Below are positions 21,397-32,000 of a DNA stretch of 32,000 nt, piece by piece. The first letter of the stretch is position 1. Every line of letters starts with the position of its first letter. The DNA lies in NCBI RefSeq assembly GCF_000008305.1, contig NC_006055.1:420001-452000 (forward strand). Direction: 5' to 3'. The translations under genes and the position numbers were made by a program. The DNA is from Mesoplasma florum L1 (GTDB lineage: Bacteria > Bacillota_I > Bacilli_A > Mycoplasmatales > Mycoplasmataceae). A model generated the notes under the pieces. That model was not told the DNA's origin. It ran no database searches and saw only the letters and a list, made by a program, of their open reading frames with translations.

Positions 21397-21416
21397 AATA
21401 GGTTTTATCCTATTTT
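21395..21416 (+). terminator. Intrinsic terminator after the lipoprotein gene
   Basis: AAAATAGG-ttttat-CCTATTTT followed by tt. Confidence 0.75.
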
Positions 21417-21448
21417 TTATTTTGTTTTTTAAAATATAGTAAATAAAA

Positions 21449-21468
21449 AATCAACCCGAAAGTTGATT
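21449..21468 (-). terminator. Terminator downstream of the tRNA cluster
   Basis: AATCAAC-ccgaaa-GTTGATT; minus strand continues TTTTTTATTT. Confidence 0.75.
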
Positions 21469-21480
21469 GTATTTTTTAAA

Positions 21481-21570
21481 TGGTCCCCAAGGCCAGACTT
21501 GAACTGGCACGGGAGATAAAGCCCGGTGGATTTTAAGTCCACTGCGTCTACCGATTCCGCCACTTGGGGA
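21481..21570 (-). tRNA. tRNA-Leu(UAA)
   Basis: TCCCCAAGTGGCGGAATCGGTAGACGC...GACTTAAAATCC...GTTCAAGTCTGGCCTTGGGGACCA; long variable arm; CCA encoded. Confidence 0.95.
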
Positions 21571-21576
21571 TGTATA

Positions 21577-21653
<77 letters not shown>

Positions 21654-21657
21654 AAGT

Positions 21658-21732
21658 TGGTTGGGCTAGCAGGATTCGAACCGGCGCATGAGGGAGTCAA
21701 AGTCCCTTGCCTTACCGCTTGGCTATAGCCCA
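21658..21732 (-). tRNA. tRNA-Gln(UUG)
   Basis: TGGGCTATAGCCAAGCGGTAAGGCAAGGGACTTTGACTCCCTCATGCGCCGGTTCGAATCCTGCTAGCCCAACCA. Confidence 0.95.
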
Positions 21733-21737
21733 ATAAA

Positions 21738-21821
21738 TGGTGGAGGGGGAGGGATTCGAACCCCCGAACCGAAAGGAAGTGGGTTACAGCCACCCGCGTT
21801 TGACCGCTTCGCTACCCCTCC
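21738..21821 (-). tRNA. tRNA-Tyr(GUA)
   Basis: GGAGGGGTAGCGAAGCGGTCAAACGCGGGTGGCTGTAACCCACTTCCTTTCGGTTCGGGGGTTCGAATCCCTCCCCCTCCACCA; long variable arm. Confidence 0.95.
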
Positions 21822-21828
21822 ATTTAAA

Positions 21829-21904
21829 TGGTGCTGACTAAAGGACTTGAACCTTCGACCTATTGATTACTAGTCAATTGCTCTACCAACTGAGCTAAGT
21901 CAGC
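21829..21904 (-). tRNA. tRNA-Thr(AGU)
   Basis: GCTGACTTAGCTCAGTTGGTAGAGCAATTGACTAGTAATCAATAGGTCGAAGGTTCAAGTCCTTTAGTCAGCACCA; anticodon loop CTAGTAA. Confidence 0.93.
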
Positions 21905-22021
21905 GATGCCTTTTTTTTTGCTATCCTCTTTTAACAAGGACATTATTTATTTTATATTATTAATTTTAAATAAACAAGCAAAATTTTAAAAAAAATGCTT
22001 TTTTTAAAATAAAAAAAGTTG

Positions 22022-23146
22022 TTAGTCAACAACTTTAAATATATCTTTAAGTTTTTTCTTTTCTTTAGATTTTTTAGGTTTAGAATTTCCTGCTTTTTGG
22101 AAGTCTTCTCTATTTTTCAAATTAATTTTATTTATTGTTTTATGATCTAATAAAATTTCTTTATCAACTCATTTTTCCATGTTTTCAATAATAACTTTTC
22201 TTGTATTTTTTGTTAGATCTTCTGTTTTTAATGAAATATGTTTTAAAGGCATTATTGGTTTCCCAAAAACAACTTTTATTTCAATATGTTTTGGTCTATC
22301 TTTGCTAAATACTTGGTATGAGTTAATTATTGTAACTGGAACAACAGGAGCGTTAGCCATTTGAGCTACTTTTAATGCTGCTGGTTGGAATTCTCCTACT
22401 TGTTGTGAATGACTTCTAGTTCCTTCTGGGAATATAGCTAATGAACGTCTAAAGTCTACAACTAATTGTTTTCCTTCTTTGAAAGCTTCTAATGCACTTC
22501 TTGGGTTTTTTCTATCAAGTGGGATACAATCCATTAAACGAACAAATCTACCAAATTTTTTATCTTCTCATAATTCTTTTTTAGCAATAAACGCTAAAGG
22601 CTGTTGAAGATAAAAATTATTTAATGCTACAAGTGCAACTGGATCAAAGTTTGATTGATGGTTAGGTGCTAATATAACTCCACGATCTAATCAATTTTCA
22701 ATTCCTTCACATTTAACAGTTATATCAGAAACATATAAAATTCTTTTCGCTGCTTTTTTAACAAAATTATAGCAATATTCTTCTGAAAAATATCCTGGGC
22801 TTTTTAAATTCTTTTTACTTATTTTTTTAGCTTTACGCATCATGTTTCACATTGGTAATCACATGTATGTCATTTTTCAAAAATTAAGTTTTAATTTTTC
22901 CTTTTTTTTCTTTTTAGTTTTTGATTTAGTTGTTTTTGTTGAACTAACATTTGTTACTTCAGTAGTTTCAACGACTTTAACTTCTTCAATTTTAACTTCT
23001 TCAACTTTTTTAGCTGGCTGGTTTTTTGCAACTGGTTTTGTTGCAGTTTTTTTAGCTGGTGATTTTGGTGTAGCTGCTTTTTTAGTTGCTGGTTTTGTTT
23101 CAGTTTTTTTAGCTACTGGTTTTTTAACTTCTTTTTCTTTTGTCAT
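22022..23146 (-). CDS. plsC: 1-acyl-sn-glycerol-3-phosphate acyltransferase with a Lys/Ala/Pro-rich N-terminal extension
   Basis: NHQSNFDPVAL and FPEGTRS acyltransferase motifs; same open frame (TGA as Trp) continues upstream into MTKEKEVKKPVAKKTETKPATKKAATPKSPAKKTATKPVAK... with its own AGGAG RBS. Confidence 0.88.
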
Positions 23147-23147
23147 T

Positions 23148-23633
23148 TTATTTTCTCCTATTCATGTATTCAACATAAAAGTGTTCTTTTTCCACTATAT
23201 TTATTTTATCAAAATTATCATAGTTAAAGTTTTTGATATGTACATTTCCTTCAAAATCATCTTTTATCATGCTTCTAATGATTTCATCACAATCATCAAA
23301 GAATAATTCATATATTTGGCTTCCACCAATAATGTAAACATCTTTTGATGTATTGCCTTTAAATTCTTTTAAAATAAAATCTTTTTTATTAATGAAATTT
23401 ACATTTTCTGACATGTGTTCTTTGTACTTTTCAGTATCTCTTGTAAGTACATAATTGATACGATTTGGTAACCCTTTAAAGTTCATTGACTCAAATGTTT
23501 TACCACCCATTAAAACATTTTGATTTAACGTTGTTGTTCTAAAATGTTGCATTTCTTCTTTTATAGATCAAGGAAGTGAATTGTCTTTACCAATTACTCC
23601 TTTTTCTGTTTGTGCTCAAATCATTTTAATCAT
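23148..23633 (-). CDS. folA: Dihydrofolate reductase
   Basis: MIKMIWAQTEKGVIGKDNSLPWSIKEEMQHFRTTTLNQNVLMGGKTFESM...PNRINYVLTR...VYIIGGSQIYE. Confidence 0.93.
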
Positions 23634-23964
23634 TTTTCTTCACCGCCATACCAACTGAATATTTTTTTTCATGAGAAATTGAAATCAATATATTAGTTAA
23701 TTCTTTATTTAAAATAATTGGTGTTTTTTCTAAGTAACCTATATTAATTTTACTCATTGGCAATACTTCATTATTTTTTAATGTTTTAATAATAGATTCT
23801 TTTACAGCTCATCTTCCAGCAACAAATTCAATCTTTGCTTTTTTTGAAGATAGTGTTGATAATTTTTCTAACTCATCTTTAGTTAAAACTTTATTTAAAA
23901 AATTTTGTCTTAAATTAACTCTTTTGTTTTCAACAATATCAATTCCAATATTTTCAATCATAAT
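23626..23964 (-). CDS. acpS: Holo-[acyl-carrier-protein] synthase
   Basis: MIENIGIDIVENKRV...FVAGRWAVKESIIKTL...ISISHEKKYSVGMAVKKND*; overlaps the folA start. Confidence 0.88.
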
Positions 23965-24009
23965 GCATCCTTTTATTTTATTTAATTTTATCAATTAATA
24001 GCCTATAAG

Positions 24010-24040
24010 AAAACCTCACAGTCTAATCTTGTGAGGTTTT
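24010..24040. terminator. Intrinsic terminator between the dCMP deaminase gene and acpS
   Basis: AAAACCTCACA-gtctaatct-TGTGAGGTTTT, 11-bp stem. Confidence 0.85.
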
Positions 24041-24043
24041 TTG

Positions 24044-24517
24044 TTAATCTATTGATATTTTTACATTAAAATCATTAATTTGCTTATATTCAATCTTAGC
24101 TGCATCTAACATTCTCTTAGAAGCTTTAACTTCGTTTGAATCTTTATATTTATCTTCAAGGTAATATACTTTTTTAATTCCTGCTTGAATGATAATTTTT
24201 GTACACTCGTTGCATGGGAACAAAGTAACATAAACATCTGAGTCAGTTAAGTTTGTTCTTGCGCTTACAATAGCGTTTAATTCAGCATGAGCTACATAAG
24301 GGTATTTAGTATCAATTCATTCTCCTTCTCTTGTTCAAGGAAATTCATCATCATTAACACCTCTAGGAAATCCATTATAACCTGTTGATATAATTTGATT
24401 TAAATTGTTAACAAGAATAGCTCCAACCTGAGTTGATGGGTCTTTACTTCTCATTGCACAAACTTTAGCAACAGTCATAAAGAATTGTTCTCAGTTTAAA
24501 AAATTCTCTCTTTTCAT
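24044..24517 (-). CDS. Deoxycytidylate (dCMP) deaminase, ComEB-like
   Basis: MKRENFLNWEQFFMTVAKVCAMRSKDPSTQVGAILVNN...STGYNGFPRGVND...YVAHAELNAI...VTLFPCNECTKIIIQAG; HAE and PCxxC zinc motifs. Confidence 0.92.
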
Positions 24518-25962
24518 TATAGTTTGATTCCTAATTTAATGTTTGTAATAACATCAGCAGTTGAAGCTAAATTAATTGTTGCTACAGTTGGAGGTTTTGG
24601 ATATAGATTTTCATTTCATGCTCCATCTTGAAATCTACCTAATCATCCAATTTTTTCAAATACTTGATTATAATGATCAAAATCTCCACCTATTTTATTT
24701 TTTGCATAAAATTGTAATGCTGTAATAACACTATAGTTATATGCTGGTGCTTTTTTAAGAGTAACAACAAAAACTATTGCTACAACTATAAATACTAATA
24801 AGAATAATATTAAAATGTTTTCTCTTCATGTTCAGTCTTTTACTGGTTTTTTTACTAAACCTGCAAAAATTGATCCAAATATAATTCCTGACATCAATAC
24901 TGAGAATGAACTTAATTGGTCTTGGCTATTGAAAATAGCAAGAATAATTAAAACTATTGGTCAAATAACTTTTACTTTTCCAAATCTTGCTATTGGTGAT
25001 GTTTCTCCAGAAACATTCATAGCTAATATTCCAACCATAATTCCAATAATTGGAAGAGAACCTGAAGTAATAGTATATGGTAATGTTGCTGAAACAACAA
25101 AACCAAGTGTTATATACGCTAAAACAAAAGAAATAGCTAATTTTCATACATTACCGATAATAATTTCAGTGATTTTACTTATTGAGAATAATGAAGTTGT
25201 TAATAAGAAAATCATTAAAGCACTAAATACTATCCCATTTCCTGAGTCCATAGCACTAAAACCATAAGTGAAAACTCTTCATCATTGACCACCAGCTATT
25301 GTTAATGTTTGGTTTGTACCACCAAATATTATCATTGGTGCTTGTCATGCTCTTGCTGACCATTTAACTATTTGACCAGCATCATTGTATGACATACCTT
25401 CTAGAATGCTTAAGTTCATGAATAAACCAATAATAGTAAACGAAACGGGCATTATTATGAAAAAGAATAAAATGATTCATGTAAAACTAATGTTATTATT
25501 TTTAATTTTATTTAAAGCTATTTTAAAATTATTCATTTTAATTTCATCATTTAAATCTTCGTCTTGAATTAAGTTTTCTTCTTTATTTTGAGCTGTTTGT
25601 TTATTATTTTTAAACTTTGAAATTAATGGTAAAAATTTTACTAAATTATTTTGAAGTTCTTCTGGAGTTGTAATAACTAGAATTTCAGTTTCATCTTCTG
25701 TTAATTTATTTTCATATTCACTAATAACAATTTTTAATTTCTTAACTTTCTCATTCATAAAGTTTTTTTGAGCAGTCATTTCAATATTTGATCAATTTTC
25801 TGTTGAACCTTGTATTTGAAGATCTATTATTACATACTGATTAGAATTATTAATAAATATTGCACGTGACTCTTTTATTTTTTTATCAACGTTTTTGTAC
25901 TTATATTCTTTTTTCAAAAACTTAACCAATGCTTGATAAGTGTTAGATTGTTTTTCAGTCAT
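24517..25962 (-). CDS. Rhomboid-like multi-pass membrane protein, probably degenerate
   Basis: Soluble N-terminal domain MTEKQSNTYQALVKFLKK... then TM segments with GGQWWRVFTYGFSA and TSGSLPIIGIMVGIL, resembling rhomboid motifs; frame joined over many TGA Trp codons; stop overlaps next start (TAATG). Confidence 0.6.
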
Positions 25963-26878
25963 TTTCAACCCCGCCTTCCTGAAGAATTTTATCAGTAAAT
26001 TCTTTTGGTAATTCTGCTTTTAATTTTACCATTTCTTTTGTGATTGGGTGTAAAAATTCTAATTTATACGCATGTAACATTTGTCCAAAATCAGTTTGTT
26101 TCTCTGCTAACTTACCATATGAAGGATCATTTACAATTGGATGTTTAATGAAATTGAAGTGAACTCTAATTTGATGTGTTCTTCCAGTTTCAATAGCACA
26201 CTTAACTAATGTTGTTTTGTCTAAACGTTTAATAACTTCAAAATTAGTTACTGCATATTTAGAATTTTTAGAAGTAACCATCATTTTTTTTCTATCATTT
26301 TGGTGTCTACCTATCGGTGCATCGATAATTCCTTTATCTTCTTTTATTTCACCTCAAACTAAAGCTACATATTCTTTGTATATTTCATGGTTCTTCAACA
26401 TTTCTGTTAATACTTGGTGAGATTTGTCATTCTTAGCAACAATTAATAGACCAGTTGTTTGTTTATCTATTCTATGAACAATTCCAGGTCTCTCAACACC
26501 ACCAATTGTACTTAAGAATTCAGCATCTCTTCCCAATAAAGCATTAACCATTGTTCCTTCTGTGTTTCCAGCTCCAGGGTGAACTACCATGTTATTTGGT
26601 TTATTAACAACTAAAATATCATCATCTTCATAAACAATATCTAAATCAATTTTTTCAGGATTTATTGTTGATGTTTTTACTTCAGGAATATTGATTTCTA
26701 TTTCAATATCTCCAATTAAATTAAAATTTTGTTTTGTTTCAACATTACCATTAACTATTACATTGCCATCTTTGATTAAAGTTTGAATGTAACTTCTTGA
26801 ATATTCAGTAGATTCAGCTAAAGCATCTACTAAGTATTTGTCTAACCTTACTTTTTCAACATTAGCTTTTATTTTCAT
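25955..26878 (-). CDS. RluD-family 23S rRNA pseudouridine synthase
   Basis: S4-like N-terminus RLDKYLVDAL, NKPNNMVVHPGAGN, ERPGIVHRIDKQTTGLLIVAKND, ETGRTHQIRVHF; TGA Trp joins two track ORFs. Confidence 0.94.
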
Positions 26879-27485
26879 TTTTATCTACCTCTTTATTTAT
26901 TTCTTTTTGTTTTTTTGGTTTAAATATGTTGATCATTTCTATAATAAAACACACTGCCCCAATTCCGATTCCAATATTCACCCACATGTCAGCTAAATTA
27001 AATATATAGCCTGAAGAGCCTAAGAAGTCAAAGCCTCATACAAACATATCTACAACTCCACCATAAATTTCTTGGCCATCTCTTATAGTAGCTGGAGCTC
27101 AAGCTCTTGCTAATAAGTTTGCAAAACCACCAGCCAGTAATATTGAACAAGTAATAATTCATTTTTTATCATTTAAAAATATAAATACAATGATTAGTAG
27201 TGCAACAAATAATGCTGCTAAAGTTACTGTTTTAGCTAAACCATCTGCATAATCACCGCGACCATAAGCAGAACCTAAATTTATTTTGTATTGAATATTT
27301 AAAAATCCATTTATAAATGTTTTTGAGTCGTTTTCTTTCATTGTTGCAACAACAACTCATTTAATTATTCAATCTAACAGTATCAAAAAGCTCATTATAG
27401 GGGTAGCTATAATCAGTTTAAATTTTCATTTAAAATCATATGATTTTAATCCAAAAATTAAATTAGATATTTGATTTTTAAACAT
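26862..27485 (-). CDS. lspA: Lipoprotein signal peptidase (signal peptidase II)
   Basis: INLGSAYG, IYGGVVDMFVWG, YIFNLADMWVNIGIG (both catalytic Asp motifs); four TM; 17-bp overlap with the downstream gene. Confidence 0.9.
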
Positions 27486-27504
27486 AACTATCACCCCTTA
27501 ATGC

Positions 27505-30231
<2,727 letters not shown>

Positions 30232-30251
30232 TTTCTAATCTCCTTTAAAAA

Positions 30252-30450
30252 TAAAAATCGCCCCTTATATAAGGAGCGACTAACCGCGGTACCATCCTAA
30301 TTAATAAATTAAAGCTTAATTTATCATCTTCAAGGTTTTAACGGTGCCACCGCAGAATTCTACTCAATATAATTTTTCTTTTCTGTTGAAAAAAGGTGAT
30401 ATCTTTTAAATATTATTACTAGTTTACACCAACCACTAGCTCTCTTTGAA
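30252..30450 (-). promoter_or_regulatory. T-box riboswitch leader of ileS
   Basis: Minus strand carries AGAGAGCTAGTGGTTGGTGTAAAC (stem I), AAGATATCACC (probable AUC specifier), GAGTAGAATTC, T-box AGGATGGTACCGCGG and terminator TCGCTCCTTATATAAGGGGCGATTTTTATTTTT just before the RBS. Confidence 0.93.
30258..30279 (-). terminator. T-box terminator hairpin
   Basis: TCGCCCCTT-atat-AAGGAGCGA (plus strand) with a T-rich tail on the minus strand; AGGA of the T-box can pair with the competing TCCT. Confidence 0.85.
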
Positions 30451-30509
30451 TAATTAATTTAAAAAACTTGTCCTTTAGTTTTTATAATAATATTTTATAT
30501 TATTTTTAA

Positions 30510-31484
30510 TTAAATTTGATGTTTTTTAACAAAATCTGTTGTTCTTAAAATGTAATCTTCTGTAAACTTAATAATTGATTTAGTATGATTAATTCCTGTA
30601 TCATAAATAATTAATTCATTCACTTTAGATTCTTCTATATTGTTTTTAACATCTTGCATTTTAAAACTATCTAAAAAGTTTGTTACTCTATCAAATCTGT
30701 TATGAATATACATAATAGGTATATACTTATGTTTTGTCTCAATTAAATTAATAAAATCAAGTTCAACTAGATTAACTCCATATTCATTTTTATATATTTT
30801 TAACATGTCTTCTAAAACCAAGTTAACATAATTCTCAAATATTTTTGGGGCATTATTAGCAACCATACTTCTTAGAAGTTTTGAAACTGACATATAAGCT
30901 GAATCTGATATTGCTCATTTAATATTATTTTCCTTAACAAATTTTTCTTCTGTTAAAGCTAGGTAGTTAACTGTAAATCCACCCATACTTGTTCCAACAA
31001 GACCAATTTCTTCTGGTTTATAATTTTGTGTTACTCATGTAATAATTGTCATTAAGTCTCATTTTTCTTTATAACCTCAAGTTACAACATCACTATCACT
31101 TGATCCATGATTTCTAAAATCAAAAGTTATTATGTTATACCCTAATGAACGATAGTGTCAAGTTAGATATAAAACATTGAATCTTCCTGAATTGAATCCA
31201 TGAACACCAATTACTCATTTATTACTTGGCTTTGGATTTAATCATACACTAGCAACAATTTTTACACCATCTTTTGAAAGCGTTGTGAAATTAGCTGTTG
31301 GGCTTTTATATTCTTTTATTTTTAATTTTTTATTTGAATTTCTATTAGTTGAATTAAAGTTATTAATTGTTTTAACAAAATTAATTTTTAAACTTGCTGC
31401 TTCTTCACGTTGCTTAATTGTTTTGGAAAAACTTGAATTTCACATTTGAATCATTTTATGAGCTAAAGTTGAATATTCTGACAT
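30510..31484 (-). CDS. Alpha/beta hydrolase family protein
   Basis: WVIGVHGFNSGRFN, FDFRNHGSSD, LVGTSMGGFTVNY (GxSxG nucleophile elbow), TGINHTKSI (catalytic His candidate). Confidence 0.85.
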
Positions 31485-31559
31485 AATAACCTCTTTTCTA
31501 TTATTTATATTTTACTATAAACATACAAATAAAAATGAAATAAAAAAAATAAGCAGTGC

Positions 31560-31958
31560 TTATTTTCTAATTAATATTTTGTAAATGTTACCTTCAATTT
31601 TTTTGTAGATACCATCATTAATGTAAATAACACCTGATATGAAATCTATAATTCTTCTTTTTTCTGCTTTTTCTAATCCTGAAAGATCAATTAAAACAAT
31701 TTTATTAATTTTTAATTCATCTGCAATTTTAGCTGCTTCAGAAAAAGAAGTAGGCTTAATAATTTCAGTTCTTTTAGAAGGAATATCTTGATTGATTGTG
31801 TTTAATTCACTTTCATTTGAATATTCAACTTCTTCTTTAGTTGTTGAATCTTCTTCATCATACATACTGTATCCATTTACATCGTTTAAAGCTTGATCTA
31901 TTTCCCCTGATTCAAGTTTTTTAGTTTTCATTTTATCTAGTAGTTCTTTAATTTTCAT
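31560..31958 (-). CDS. sepF: SepF-like cell division protein
   Basis: TEIIKPTSFSEAAKIADELKINKIVLIDLSGLEKAEKRRIIDFISGVIYINDGIYKKIEGNIYKILI matches the SepF domain pattern; GGAG RBS fits the second ATG of track ORF 31560..31964. Confidence 0.82.
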   Translation of the reverse strand: MKIKELLDKMKTKKLESGEIDQALNDVNGYSMYDEEDSTTKEEVEYSNESELNTINQDIPSKRTEIIKPTSFSEAAKIADELKINKIVLIDLSGLEKAEKRRIIDFISGVIYINDGIYKKIEGNIYKILIRK

Positions 31959-31971
31959 TTTCATTCTCCTA

Positions 31972-32000
31972 CTATTTCAAGAATGTTGGGAAATCATCTT
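31972..32000 (-). CDS. ftsZ: Probable 3' tip of ftsZ
   Basis: Minus strand reads ...DDFPTFLK* at the window edge, resembling the conserved FtsZ C-terminal peptide; directly upstream of sepF. Confidence 0.55.

Noticed and set aside
22842-23306. 154-aa plus-strand ORF, hydrophobic and F/V-rich
   Set aside because: It is the antisense of the Lys/Ala-rich plsC 5' extension; AAA/GCW-rich coding DNA gives a long hydrophobic complement. No RBS or family signal.
24815-25267. 150-aa plus-strand ORF
   Set aside because: Lies entirely opposite the rhomboid-like coding region, which has coherent TM segments, RBS and coupling.

Overview
This window is low-GC mollicute DNA. UGA is read as Trp throughout: many track ORFs end at TGA and continue in frame into conserved sequence (AspRS, IleRS, HisRS, RluD, LspA, NadD, PlsC). 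The gene content suggests the Mesoplasma/Entomoplasma/Spiroplasma group, which is inference. Most genes are on the minus strand and most are housekeeping: ileS with a T-box leader, lspA, an rluD-family gene, a dCMP deaminase, acpS, folA, plsC, pepP, rpmG, an AEC-type transporter, a PAP2-family protein, rdgB, trmL, a nadD-yqeK fusion, mtnN, rbfA, a comEC-like gene, holA, hisS, aspS, rpsU, an SDR, sepF and the likely 3' tip of ftsZ. On the plus strand I see rpsT, a choline-kinase-like gene, a lipoprotein and one hypothetical gene. There is a minus-strand five-tRNA cluster (Thr-Tyr-Gln-Lys-Leu) and many intrinsic terminators. I found no CRISPR array, no mobile element and no convincing defence or other new multi-gene system. 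The most notable points are a histone-H1-like Lys/Ala/Pro-rich tail fused in frame to PlsC, a rhomboid-like protein that seems to lack the catalytic His, a second T-box-like motif in the ileS leader, a comEC-like gene with no standard start and a possible frame break at a homopolymer, and unannotated multi-pass membrane proteins. Coordinates were counted by hand; homopolymer lengths in particular should be rechecked.
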